Assembly: GCA_946965045.2 (NCBI GenBank)
Contig: OX337240.1
Span: 248,001-312,000 of the forward strand
Length of the DNA: 64,000 bases
Source: Epithemia pelagica
Lineage: Eukaryota; Protista; Bacillariophyta
Reading direction: 5' to 3'
Shown here: in pieces, positions 32,728-45,598 of the stretch
Layout: every line of letters starts with the position of its first letter
How positions within the stretch are numbered: position 1 is the first letter of the stretch
Made by a program: the position numbers and the translations under genes
The notes under the pieces: model-generated
Told to the model about the DNA's origin: nothing
The model's database searches: none
What the model saw: the letters and a program-made list of their open reading frames with translations, nothing else

Positions 32728-34808
32728 TTAGGGCTGCGCTCCGGCATCCGATTCGGATACAGTCGTCGTCGTCAAGGACCATTGTTGGGCGGCCCGGGCT
32801 TGGTCCTGGGCCGTGGCCTTGAGGTAGTGCACCCTTAAGGTCCAATCGCGTGGCAAGTCAATTTCGTGCGCTTCTCCAAATTCATGCGACTCCAAGACCC
32901 GCCATGAATCTTGGGACAACCGCCGTCCGGCTGGTCGATGAAAGACGGAATCGACCGCCGCGGTCAACCATTCCGGCAAATCTGGTACTTCTTCTTGTTT
33001 GTCGTCTCGTTGCTCGTCTTGTGGTGGTGGTGCTTGTCGCAACTTTCGTTGTCGTTTGCGTTCTCGTCGTCGTCGTCGGTTCGGTCCCTTGGGCAATTGT
33101 TCCGTCACGACCGTCACAGGCGAGGGCGTGGGTGCTTCCGTCGGGGGGAAATAGGGCTCGGCCCCCGGTACCGTGCCATATAAATACCACAAAAAGATAA
33201 AGTTGCGGGCCTTCGGTTTGCGATTGTTTTCCGGATTGTTCGTGTAATCCATACAATCGCCCAAATCCGGATTGCCAAAGGTTTCGTCCGTATGCGGCAA
33301 ACCCCAGGCGTGGCCTGTCCCGAGAGAAAAGAACAACAAAAAGGAGAAGCAACAAATGTGAGAAACTACCAGCCACCAACCAACACACACACACAACCCC
33401 TTCACAACACACACACACACACACTCCACAAATACCTACCCAATTCATGGCACATGGTGTGTTGCATTTGATCGTCGTCGCCTTTGATATAAAATTCATT
33501 CATGCGCGCGGACGAGGCGACAATGTAACCATTGCCATTAATCAAGACTTCGTTAATGCCCTTCCAAGCCGTATTGCCATAATTGCCATTGCACACCTTG
33601 ACCTTGCCCGACACGGTCGCACAGGCCACATCGTGACTGGCTCCACCGGCCGTCCCATGAAATTCCGTCCTCAGCGTCAAGGTATCGGGATAGCCCGAAT
33701 CCCAATCGTCCAGGGCATCGTAAAAGTATTGGTACCACTTGGTTTCCAAGGCATTAATGACGGTCAGCGAAATGCCATTGCCCGAATTGGCCCAGGAATT
33801 GGCGTCTTCGGGATTCATTTCATCAAAGGGATCTTCATTGGCAAAATCTTCCGGTGTCAAATTGATGCTCGGCACATCGCCGCCCAAAATGACAAAGTAA
33901 TAGACAATGCCCACCACGGCGCCCACCACGAGCGCAATGGTAATTAACGAACCATAGAGCTTTTTGCGAGGATTCACGGGCGCTCGTTGTCTTTGCTGCT
34001 GCAATTGTTGTTGATTGGCCAATCGTTGATCGGCTTGCAATTGGGCGGCCCGACGTTGATCGTACCGCTGTTGTTCGCGTTGTTGCAAACGTTCGGCTAC
34101 CAATTCATCTTGCATTTCTTGTTCGACTCGTTGAGCCACTTGTCGATCGGTAAAGAGTTCCGACGAGGTAATCTCGTCTCGCAACACTTCACTAGCGGGT
34201 GGAGCTTCTTCTTCGGTATCGTCCGTCATGGATTCACTGGCGGTAGGGACTGGAAAGACGTACCCGCCCGAGGCATTGAGGGGTTCCAGAGCGTCTTCTT
34301 CCTCTTCAATGCGAGTACTGGTTTCGCGCGGAAAGACAAAGCCTCCCGAATTGGTTGTGCTTCGTTTCGAACGCCACGGTCGATTGGAAGAGGAAGACGC
34401 CACGGCGGCTTGAGCGGCTGCTTGGGCACTTTGTTCTTGTTCGGCCGCCAAGCGGCGTGCGACGGCCGCATCGTCCGGTGCGTGTTCTGCTTGTACGGCC
34501 ACAGCAGCGGCTCCCGACGATCCAGCCGAAGACGTTCGAGGAGGAGGTTGTCTCCGTGACAAAGACGAAGATCGTTGTTGTTGTCGTTGTTGTTGTCGAT
34601 AGAGCTGCTGTTCTTGCTCTTGCACGCGGCGGGCAATTTCTTCGTCACTCACCACTTGCGGGTTGTTCGGGTTGTTGCTGTTGGAAGCGCTCGAGGATGC
34701 CGCAGCTTCCCGTTCAAATTGCAATTGCAAGGCACGTGCCAAGGCTTCGTCTTCATTCTCTTGTTGTTCTTGTTGTCCATCCGGACGACGAAACCGACGA
34801 GATGTCAT
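32728..34808 (-). CDS. Single-pass membrane metzincin-type zinc metalloprotease with N-terminal MIU/UIM-like repeats; intron 33439-33315
   Basis: Splicing creates HELGHAWGLPH (HExxHxxGxxH) followed by CMDY (Met-turn). TM segment LITIALVVGAVVGIVYYFVIL. Confidence 0.85.
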
Positions 34809-36939
34809 GCTTTGTACTAGTGATGGTTTTGGGGAGTGTCACAATCCAAGAGTGTTGTTGTTGTGGTGGTGGTTGTGGGAAGAAATTCCACGCTCAAGTA
34901 AAACCAGTAAAATGACTGTCACGTCTCTCAATGGAAACCAAGGAGGAGGAGAGCAAGTGATTGTGGTCTCCCGCACTTTTAGAGAGAGAAACGCACAAAC
35001 CCACGATCCATTCAGGGAACCAACCCAGTCACTCCAATTCCGTGTACACCGACCGTAACAAGAGACTGTTGCAATGGTGGTGGTTGTTGTTGCTTGGTCA
35101 AACACGACTGTGGATTTCACACACGCTGGACACTCCCAGAGAGGCAGACGAACCAAAAGCAAACCCGTTTCCGAGACAATCAGCGATGTGGATGAGTGAT
35201 GAGAGAAGAATCAACGACCGCAAACGACAACACTGGACACTGGGGTTGTTTCCTTCAAACTCCAGCAAGTCTCGTTGCTCGTTTGTTGGTTTGTTTTGAA
35301 GAGAGTCCTTAGTATTGTGGCATCGACTCGTTCGTTATTGTTGTGGTTGTGTCTGTTGTTGGAGACAAAAATAAAAGAACCAAAACTCACCCAAACTATA
35401 CGAAATTATGCGTGTAGCCGAGCAGAAAAAATGGGGCCACGATCCAACGATGATGCGAGAGTGCGAGCGAGAGAGGCCATTTCCCGTCGCTTCCAGTCTA
35501 TCGTGTCTGTTTTGCCTCGGTCGTGTGTCACGAAAAAGCACAGGGAACACGCTTGTGGTGGGGCGCCGTAAGGTTTAATTCAAGCAAGTTGTTTGGCGGT
35601 TGGTGGGGTGCAGGACGCTCCGAGGGTCACTCCCAACCAGAAACCGACTCCGAACGAACTTGAATTGCGTCATGGCCGGCGCGATCGTAGGAACGGTCGA
35701 AGCCTTCGTTCGATCCATCGGTCGGCTTGGCTGTTGAGTTCGTGTTCGAATATGTAACGACAATTGCCTCGTCGATAAGGCTCTACTTGTAGTAAACCAG
35801 TACTGGTTCGAATTTTCTATAGAAGAGCCTGTACTACGTATGGTTTTTCGATTCCTTAGGCCTTGGCTGGCATGCGTAGAAGGACCGTTCAAACCTATCT
35901 ATTGATTGTACACTATCGCCAGGCGATCCATCGCTGGATCGCTACTTAGAACCATCCTCATAATATCGATCAAATGTAGGTTGTGTGACCAGGCACGCAT
36001 GGCGACGCATCGGACACTTCCAAACCGGGATACGCAACACATTATTGTGGGAATGGACAGACACGATGACGGGGATGGAGCTCTATTTATATTCTACAAT
36101 AGTCTCTATTGAGAATTGAGAATGAATGATTGGCTTCCACAGGAATCGTACGTTCCATCCAGGCTTTCACGTGGAGAGTACACCACTGTGGGACCGTCCC
36201 TCCAGCCAACCTCACGTCGATACCTCCCACCAAAAGCCTCACGTCGATACCACCAGAACCAGTAACCCTACACCCACACATGCGTCTCCCTGGAAACACG
36301 CCAACCTGCGGCAGTGGTGGTGCCGATACTCATGGGCTGACGCGCCGCCCTTGTTGGCTCCTCCTCCACAAAAGAAGAGAACGACAACGCATCAATCGTT
36401 TGTGCGGTTCGCAGTGTGGCACCTCTCCAGAGTATTGTGTACGCGTACCGGTCGACGCGCTTACTCTTACTTGGTTGGTCCGTTGTTTTGCCTCGTGTTG
36501 AATGATTTGGTACCAGTGTGTTCGGAGACAGCGTGGTGGTCCAAAACCAACCGGTTGTCGTTCACCAACCTCCATTCCAATGCTTTACCACCATACAAGG
36601 TGTTCGTGTCGTTCCAAACACTGGTCGCTGACGACCAACGAAACCAAGCAAGCAGGACCACTTCTGGAGAAACACACACAACACACGGTCACTGTGGATC
36701 AAAACGACAAGGACAAAACAAACGTGGTGTGTGGATGGTTGGACCTTGGTTCGTGTGTACGCGGACTGCTGTAGGTCGAGAAACCGTATGTGTGCCTTTT
36801 TCGTTCATGGTTGGGAAACGACAACCATGAGGACACAAGTCGGTTCGTCCAGAGCAGCGCCCGTGGCCCAAATGTTTGCCATTCCCCACTATCACCATTT
36901 GTTTGCCTCCATTCAAATGCTACAGTGGTGTTGGTAGTT

Positions 36940-38710
36940 GGAAACAGGTGGCCCGTTTCGCCACTGGTTGGTATCTTGTGTGTCAACACTGACAAAAGAA
37001 ACCAAGCAGTGGAGAGAAGGACCGTCTGTGGATACATCATACACAACACACGGCCGCTGTGGACGACAAGGACAAACCAAACGCTGAGAAAAAGGCCACG
37101 GGACCAACGTGTCGGAACAGAATGAGATTCGTTTGGCGTTTTGTGAACGACGAGACCACTTTTGCCACGACAGGCATTCGGTGCCAAACAATCACTCACC
37201 GACCCACAATTGGACCAGACATGCTCCACTACCAACCAACCCCACATGGTGTTTGTGTCGTTTCGAGGTGGCCCTTTCCACCACTGCTTGGTTTCTTGTA
37301 TGTCAAGGCTGACAAAAGCAAACAAGGAGTGGAGAGAAGGACCGCCTCCGGATACACGACAAGGCCGCTGAGGCCGACGACAAGACAAGACAAGACAAGA
37401 CAAGACAAGACAAGACAAGACAAGACAAGACAAGACAAACAAGAAGCGAGCTCATGGCAGTACCAGACAATCACCGTCCAACAGTTGAACCACATGGTGC
37501 TGTTTGTTTGGTTTCGAGGTGGCCCTTTCCACCACTGCTTGGTTTCTTGTGTGTCAAGTCTGGCAAAGGAAACCAAGGAGTGGAAAGAAGGACCGCCTCT
37601 GGATCCACAACACACGGCAGCCATGGACAAAGACAAGACAAACAGGGTGTGTGGTGTGGTGGCACAGCAGAAACCTGTATTGTCGAGCTTGTGTGAGAAT
37701 CCCTCTTCTCTTTCATTGGAACTTTACAAGACACCTCATTGGAACTTTACAAGACACGAGCTCATGGCAGTACCAAACAATCACCACCCCACCAACAATC
37801 CACATGCTCCACTACCAACCAACCTGCTGTTTGTAGTTTCGAGGTGGCCCTTTCCACCACTGCTTGGTTTCTCGTGTCAAGGCTGACAAAAGAAAACAAG
37901 AAGTGGATCGAAGGGCCGTCTCTGGATCCACAAACACATGGCCGCTGTGGACGACCACCAGACAAACAAGGTGTGGTTGCACAGCAGAAAGCTCTATAGC
38001 CGAGCTGTGCAAGACACGAACTCATGGCAGTACCAAACAATCACCACTCCAACAACAGACCACATAGTCCACTTCCAACCAACCTGCTGTTTGTAGTTTC
38101 GAGGTGGCCCTTTCCACCACTGCTTGGTTTCTTGTGTCAAGGCTGACAAAGGAAAACAAGAAGTGGATCGAAGGGCCGTCTCTGGATCCACAAACACATG
38201 GCCGCTGTGGACGACCACCAGACAAATCTTGTGTGAGTCGAGGGAAGGACCGCCTCCGGATCCGTACAATACGCACAACACGCCAGCTGTGGACGACAAA
38301 ATGAGTGCGGTGTGATTAGAAACTGTGCAGTTGGAGCTTCACAAGAACAGAGCTCATGGTCAAGAAGGAAGAACAGCGAGAAAAGGGACATGAGATCATT
38401 TCGAAACGTGTCGAAAGAATGAGATCGATCCTTCTTGAGGCGTTTTGTAAACGACAATACCACTCGTGCCACAACAAGCTTTCTTCCGTCAGGACCACAG
38501 TCATGAAAAATTCGCAGGGGACAACCTCCACAAATCAATTCTGTGCCAAACAATCACCGCCCCACACTTGAACCACTAGCTCCACTGCCAACCAACCTGG
38601 TGTTTGTGCGGTTCCGAGGTGCCCGTTCCGCCACTGCTTCGTTTCTAGTGTGTCCAGATCTGACAAAAGAGACCAAGCAGTGGAGAGAAGGACCGTCTCT
38701 GGATACAAGC
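36940..38710 (+). repeat. Degenerate tandem repeat, ~250-325-bp unit, at least 6 copies
   Basis: Core gaggtggccctttccaccactgcttggtttc...tgtcaaggctgacaaa...aaggaccg.ctc.ggat starts near 36945, 37265, 37516, 37841, 38101 and 38616. Confidence 0.85.
37379..37438 (+). repeat. (GACAA)12 microsatellite
   Basis: Direct reading. Confidence 0.9.
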
Positions 38711-41700
38711 GAGGTGTGGTGTGGTAGCGCAGCCCCAAGTTGGCAGCGATTTCCTCATCATCATCATCATCTTCTCACCGCCCCATTCCAATAACGATGC
38801 GCGCACCTTTCGTCCATGAGCAAACGGGATCGTTTCGGCAGCACTTTGGCGTCATTGTCGTCTTGAGGGTCACGAGCCATTTTGGATTCTTCCACTCCTA
38901 CATGCGCGTGTAACCGTTTCGGCAGCGGTTCTTTGGGGCGTTTTCTTCTTCTTCGTCGTCGTTGTCTTGAGGGTCACGAGCCATTCGGTATTCTTCCACT
39001 CACTCCTACGTGGGTATGTTATAGATCTTGAGATTCCAGCACGGCGCTCATTGTCCTCTTGTTCCAAACGGATGAGGTATTCGTTTCTCGTAACCGTTCC
39101 GTAGAACCTCACAAACAGAGGAAACGTATACATGAGATCATTTCTCCAAGAGAACAGGGAAACGAAAATGCCTTGTGGAGGAGAATGCTGCTGGCGAGGC
39201 AATTTGGCGCCATGCCATTGGTTTTAACACCCTTGTGTCTGTGGAGAAAACACCCAAGGATTGCCGGTGGTGGTGGTGGTGCTTTGGTCTTTCCCCAACC
39301 AGCGCTTGTTTGCTGCATGACCATACCCCATTGTGTCATCCATACCATTGCCTCTGCTCTGGATCCAAACAGTTAGCCTGTGTGTGCACGAAAAAAGACG
39401 AGAATTGAATTGTGTGAGAGATTTCTTTTGTGACAGCAGTAAGTAACAGGAAACAAGACGTGTACCATCCGCCATCGCGGTCGTCCTCCAGTAGAGCAAA
39501 CACGTACAGGTTCCTCGATTGGACAAGACTTGATCATGACGATACATCCTTCTGCTTCTGGTACGTGGCTCCAACCCCACATTTGATCCGTTCTCGTCGT
39601 GTGTGTGTGTTCCACAACCATTCACCTTTTCTTCTTCGGTCCCATTCCATCCAACCAACCAATCAAGACAAGGCTCTCTCTCTCTCTCTAGTCTTTCGAG
39701 TTTTCCTTCTCCCTCCATTTGGTCGTCGGCGTCTTGGAGTAGATCGGACCAAAGAACCCAAGCAGTGAAGCCAAGGACCGTCTCTGGAGACAACCGTGGG
39801 GTGGTGGCACAGCACACTGTTGGCATGGTACCACAGAGCGAGTTCATCCTCATCCTCCTCTTCCCAGCGCCCCACTGAGACGCGCACCGTTCGTCCACGA
39901 GCCAAACCAATCGGTTCGGTTTGGGACCTAACGACGATGGAGGACTACCATCGTCCAGTTCCCCGCCTAGTGTCTGGAACGATCCGCTGTTCGACCCCGA
40001 TTTTGAGTTGGAGTCCAGTGAGGAATGCACTGTACATTCCGAACGCGACTCGTTCTCGCAATCCGGGTGGAGTAGCGGACCGTTCCAGACATGGTCTTTT
40101 TGTATCGCGCTGTGGTATTCGGTTTGTGAACCGCAATGGTGTGTGTGTGCGTGTGTGTGAGAGAGTTTGGACTCTACAGTCACAGGAAACATGACGTGTA
40201 CCATCCGCAATCGCGGTCGTCTTCCAGTAGACTCTCCATCTCCAACATTGTCATGGATGGATGGATGGAATCCAAGAGCCCTGCCCAACACGGACAGGTT
40301 CCTCGATCCGACGAGACTGGATAATACTCCTTCTGCTTCTGGTACGTTTCTCCAACCCCACATTCGCTACGTGGTCTTTGCGTGTGTGGTCCAAAACCAT
40401 CCATTCATCCTCGCTTCTTGGTTCAAAAGACTTGTCGTCGCTCCTCGTTTGGTCGTCGTCGTCGTCGTCGTCCTAGTGGTGGTGGTACGATCGTTACGAC
40501 TTTTGGTTGTTGTTGACATGGGCAAACGATGGTTTCGAGACGAGGTTCTAGAATGGGAGAGAGTGAGAGAGAGAGAGTGAGAACGAATGGTTAGAGAGAG
40601 AGAGATATATATTTTTTGTGTGGGAGTAAGCACACCCACGAGACGACGACGACGACGACGACCGAAACTGGGATAGGACCACGGCGACTGGGTCCACGAC
40701 GACAAGCAGCACACACATAAATACATTATACATACAAGAATGAGACTCTCGTTCTCTCACCGTCGAGTGTGTGCGAGTGTGCACGTGGAGTGGACCACAC
40801 GATTACACACACACACACACACATGTTGTTGGCTCTTGGGAGCACACCACGGCGTTCTCTGACACACGTTGGTTGGGTTCGTTCGTCTCTGCAAAACCCT
40901 CTCCTCCTCCTCCTCGTTTGTGTTGTATATTATGGAGCAATATAGGTGGTACAAGAGAAGAACCAAAGAAGGCACATCCTGGTGGTGGTGGTGGTTCCCC
41001 CCGCAAACCAACAACAGAAACCAATGACACTTTTACGAGAACAAAGACCTCCCTCCACGAGAGATTTTCCTGTCCTTTTCTAACCTCCAGCGTTATTGAA
41101 TAAAAGAATGGTTCGAATGCTAATATTATTTCTTGTTCGAATCTCTCACGTATCACCACCGCTGGAAATTTGGTGTGGCACCTACGGCGTTTGGGCCGCG
41201 TTTGAATCCGACGGACAGACCATCAATGGGCGTTCCACCATGACACCAAACCAAAACCACATGATGCGGAGGTAGAGAGGAGCGGCGACGACAACAACAA
41301 CAACAACAACCGCGTATTAGTGTTTCGCAACAGTCCATGTCCATTGGATTCGAACCTAGGATACCGGATCTCCCTAAAACTGACACAACGACGGCAAATG
41401 GTTCGGCTGGAACAAAAGCGTTCGTTTGTCAGTGCGTCTCTTGTCAGTGCCCTCGGCATGGGTGGTACAACAACGAGGAAGATCACACACACACACACAG
41501 AGGCACATCCCGGTGATTCGAGGAGAAATGGTTGGTTGGTTGGTATTGGGAGGTCGTGCCACACGGATGCGGTTGTCGCTCGTTCCAATAAAAAACACAG
41601 GGGACAAGGAACACAGGTTCTCTCCGATCGATTCCTCTTTTTGGTGGTGGTCTGATGGCGGTGGTGGAGACAAGACCAGACGGATGGAACCGCCACTGAA

Positions 41701-43255
41701 ACCACTGTTGATCCGCATCAAACAACCACAAGGACATTGTTGGGAGGGCACATGCTCGGTTTGGGGATGAAACATCTCGACATTCAGGAAAGAGCTTGCG
41801 ACGAGGGAAACGTTCACCAGCAACCACCAACCACACACTGGAACAAGAATTGGCTGGCGGAACTTCAGTCTGTAAAACCTTCAAATCGAATCAACGTAGT
41901 GCCAATGGTACCGGCAGAATCCGGGAAAGGGTTCCGAGTCGGAATAGAGCATGGTTGGTTGAGTTCGAGCACTGGCTCTTTCTCCATGGTTGGACCAGGA
42001 CAACACCGAAACGACCCAAACTCTGCTCGTTCCCTCGAGAGAGCGAAAAAAGTCCTGAACTAACGAATCGAATCCAGAGGAAAGCTCCGAGGGTGGCGGC
42101 AATCGTGTGTGAGCATGTGTTTGATGGCTGATCCGAGCAGATTCCGTGGGGCTTCAAGAAACAATATGTACCGCTTGGATGGTGTTGTGTGGTTTCCACA
42201 AGAGTGGAACTACTAGGAGAGAAACCACACCTCACGAGCCGCTGTGTTCCGGGTGTTTTGCACATTTGGAGAAACCCTGGATTCTCTTTTTTACACATGG
42301 CGATTCTGGAGGAGACATGCTATGAGCTTTGGTTCTCTAGGATGTCACTCAGCGTGGCGTCGTCGTCGTTTGTCCGCTCACCACCAGTCCGAAGGAGAGA
42401 GAGAGAGAGAGTCGCTTGTGGGACCGAACAGTTCTTTGGTTGTTGCCGCACCAGCAAGAGGGATATCAGAGATTTGCGTTTGTTCCGCCGCTGTATAGTG
42501 TGCGTTCTGGAGCGCCCGAGTAGGTTGTACCGTGTCGAACAACTCTTCCTATGGTCGATTCGTTGTTGGCGGTTTGGTCGGCCGCACACGAAAAAGCGAT
42601 CTGCCGGATGGATTCGATCGTTGCCCCTTGAAACCGCTACGAGTAGTTCTATAACATTTTCGTGTTTCTCAAAACCAATCACACTGTGATGATACAGTGG
42701 CATCATCCTCAGCCATTCGCGCAGCAGATAGGCTTGCAATCGCATACGACCCAACGAACCCTCGTACATGGCCACCCGCAATACTAGGATTGTCGCTCCG
42801 CTGCTCTACCATAGAATCGAATGCTTCCATTCCCTAGGAAAACACGAGGAGATCAAGTAGAGACTTGGCTTGATTGTTCTAAACGTTACGTTCCCAAAAA
42901 CACATACACGCTTTGGTATTTCTTTTTCGTAGTTCCTATTCCACCGTTCCAAACAACTCCTTCCGCTCCAATCCGTGCCCTGTATCAATCATCCCTTGGA
43001 AAAAAGAAAACCAACCCGGCAAGTTTGGTTCCAACAAGAGTTTTTCACGTTCCAATCTTGTGTGGTCAGCCCCAGTGTAAAATAATACTGTACGAATCGA
43101 TCGTTCCTGTTCTTCTAGTTCGTCGCCTTGCTTACTGTCCTTGAGGGTTTTCTTCGGGTGGATGACTTGACATGTATAAAAAAGATATAATGATAATAAT
43201 TGTGATGATGATAATGATGATATGATGCGTGATACTCTTGTGTGTTCCGTTTCTT

Positions 43256-43873
43256 CTAGCAGCATTTGCTCTTGGCAGGTGTTGCTTGTCCAGCCTTGAG
43301 GTTCAATCCACTCTTGGTCGCCGGTGCACCTTGTCCATCGGCTTGTAAACGTTCCTTGACGGCCGTGGCCAAATCCTTGAATGATTTGTCCACGTTAATG
43401 TCATTCTTGGCCGAGACTTCGGCAAAGGGAATGCCAAATTCCTTGGCCAAGTTCTCTCCTTCTTGCGTCGACACCACCTTCTCATCCTTCATATCACACT
43501 TGTTGCCTACCAAAATCTTGTTGACATGCACATCGGCATGTTGCTGAATTTGGGAAATCCAGTTGCGGATGGATTCAAAGGAACGACGGTCCGTCACATC
43601 GTAGACCAGCAAAATACCTTGGGCACCGCGAAAGTACGATGTCGTAATGGTACGGAACCGCTCTTGGCCAGCCGTATCCCAAATCTGTAATTTGATACGA
43701 GTTCCATCAATATCGACATTCTTGATTTTGAAATCAATTCCAATCGTTGTGATAAAGGTGGGAGAAAACGAGTCGTTCGCGTATCGCAACAACAAACAGG
43801 TTTTCCCCACACCGGAATCACCAATCATCAACAACTTGATTTGCATATCGTACGGAGCGCTGGCACTGCTCAT
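43256..43873 (-). CDS. RAB8: Rab8/Sec4/RabE-family small GTPase
   Basis: [38 protein letters not shown] and EVSAK motifs; C-terminal CC; intronless. Confidence 0.95.
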   Translation of the reverse strand: MSSASAPYDMQIKLLMIGDSGVGKTCLLLRYANDSFSPTFITTIGIDFKIKNVDIDGTRIKLQIWDTAGQERFRTITTSYFRGAQGILLVYDVTDRRSFESIRNWISQIQQHADVHVNKILVGNKCDMKDEKVVSTQEGENLAKEFGIPFAEVSAKNDINVDKSFKDLATAVKERLQADGQGAPATKSGLNLKAGQATPAKSKCC

Positions 43874-45070
43874 TTTGAGATTTGTCTTTTGGGTGGAAAA
43901 TACGAAACAAAGGGGTTATCAAGAGACGGAAGAAAGAGCAGGGGTACTTGGAGACCGCTACCACTACAAAATGCCAGAATCGAAATCCGAAACAGAGAAA
44001 CAACGGATCAACCAAAGAAATAGAAGAGGGGGTCTCTACACACTGGTTATTGTTGTTTGAGGTGGTGGTGGTGGATGTTGTTCTCAAGAGTCCAAGAACA
44101 CAACAGAGAGGGACTGAACGACACAGACAAGTGATGTAGCAGCAGCAATGATCCTGGCTTAGCTGTTCCGTCGTAGTTGCGGCTGTGTAGGCATGTGCGG
44201 CGTGGCTTTCCTTCGCTTCTCCCACTGGCTCATCCACATGACCTCTCGCAAATTCGGTCTTCCCATCGTTCAAAGAATTCTTTTTTACATATTATGCGTA
44301 TGTAAAATATTGATTCTCACCTCTGGGTTGTTTCCACGACCCAACTCATTGGTGCGATTCCTCGTTTTAAATTTCAAAGGGATCGCTCGCCAGTTTTTGG
44401 CGATCTGTCGCAACGGTACTCAATGTTAGAAGAACTGGCGAATTGAGACATTCCTGACCGGTCGCAGATATGGGCGTGCCGTCGCATGTGGTTGGACAGA
44501 CAGACGAACCAATGCTAGGTAGCCTCCCACCTCCCACACAACGATGAGATAGACTTGGGAAGAATTCTCTTGCGCACCCCTGCAATACACCTTTGTCTAG
44601 AAACAGAAGTTAGCCATCAGAAGTCAATGACTTTGGGTGCCATTGAGTGTGACAGACAATGGATGGATCACGGGTAAGATGGTGATTGGCTAAAGACAGA
44701 AGATTCAGATAACGAGGCCTCGGAGATTGCCTACCCAGAGGTGGATCAACACGACCGGAGATTCTGCCGGAACCATTCCGCCCTCCGCACTGCGATCACT
44801 CTACGATGATGCTTCTTATCCCCAGTAATAACAGTTGAACGATCCAAACAGATTGGCTCTCTGTTTCAAGGTCTAAGTATAATTATTATGTACATAAAAA
44901 CAGCCATCCGTGTCAGCCGTCGTCCTGCTCCTTTTGTCGAAACCCATTCGTTTCTCGGTCCAAACAAGGGTCATTATTGCTTCGGCTTTTCGCTGCACAC
45001 AACCATACTCCTGCGCCGCCGTGTTTGTTTCTCGCTCCAACAGTCCTGGAGGGTGGTGGTATATTTCTTT

Positions 45071-45598
45071 CTAAAAGCCACTCAGATTTTTGCGGAGAAT
45101 TTCATTTTGTTGGACTCCATTGCCAAATCGCAATCCATCGTATTGGACTCGTTCTTGCCAGGACAAGCCCTCTTTGAGTTTGGCCGTTTGTTCCTTGTCC
45201 CACTCTTCGGCACGGACATAGCCACGACGTTTTGGTTCCTCCTCTTGGTCGGAATGCAACGAGGCATGTTGCGCCGTACTCGACGAGGCAGCATTGGAAT
45301 CATGATGCGACGAGGACAAGACGGTTTGTTCAAACAAACTGGCATCGCTGGCCAATTTCGTCAACCGTTTCATGTAGTCCGAATTGGATTCGCCGGGTCG
45401 TTGGGCAAAGGCCGAGGATGTCGCTTGCAATTCGAACTGTCTTGTTGTTCGACGTGGTTGTGAGGATTGGACCATTATCCTGGAGGTCCAAGTCGACGAC
45501 CTCCTGGATTGTGGTTGAACTGCATGGGACGAACCAGGAAGAATGGACCATGCCATGGATGCATCCACCAAAAGCGTGGACAACAAGACAAGCATCAT
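45071..45598 (-). CDS. Hypothetical protein, probably plastid-targeted
   Basis: From ATG 45598: signal peptide MMLVLLSTLLVDASMA|WSI, S/R-rich transit-like stretch, ordered C-terminus GYVRAEEWD..LSWQERVQYDGLRFGNGVQQNEILRKNL. Confidence 0.65.
   Translation of the reverse strand: MMLVLLSTLLVDASMAWSILPGSSHAVQPQSRRSSTWTSRIMVQSSQPRRTTRQFELQATSSAFAQRPGESNSDYMKRLTKLASDASLFEQTVLSSSHHDSNAASSSTAQHASLHSDQEEEPKRRGYVRAEEWDKEQTAKLKEGLSWQERVQYDGLRFGNGVQQNEILRKNLSGF

Noticed and set aside
37059-37886. 275-aa ORF as a real gene
   Set aside because: It crosses the degenerate repeat and the GACAA microsatellite, and its frame is not consistent between units.
36940-38710. CRISPR-like array
   Set aside because: The units are too long, the sequence between cores is also homologous, no cas genes are present and the context is eukaryotic.
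39224-40363. 379-aa minus-strand ORF
   Set aside because: No recognisable domain; overlaps local duplications and simple repeats.
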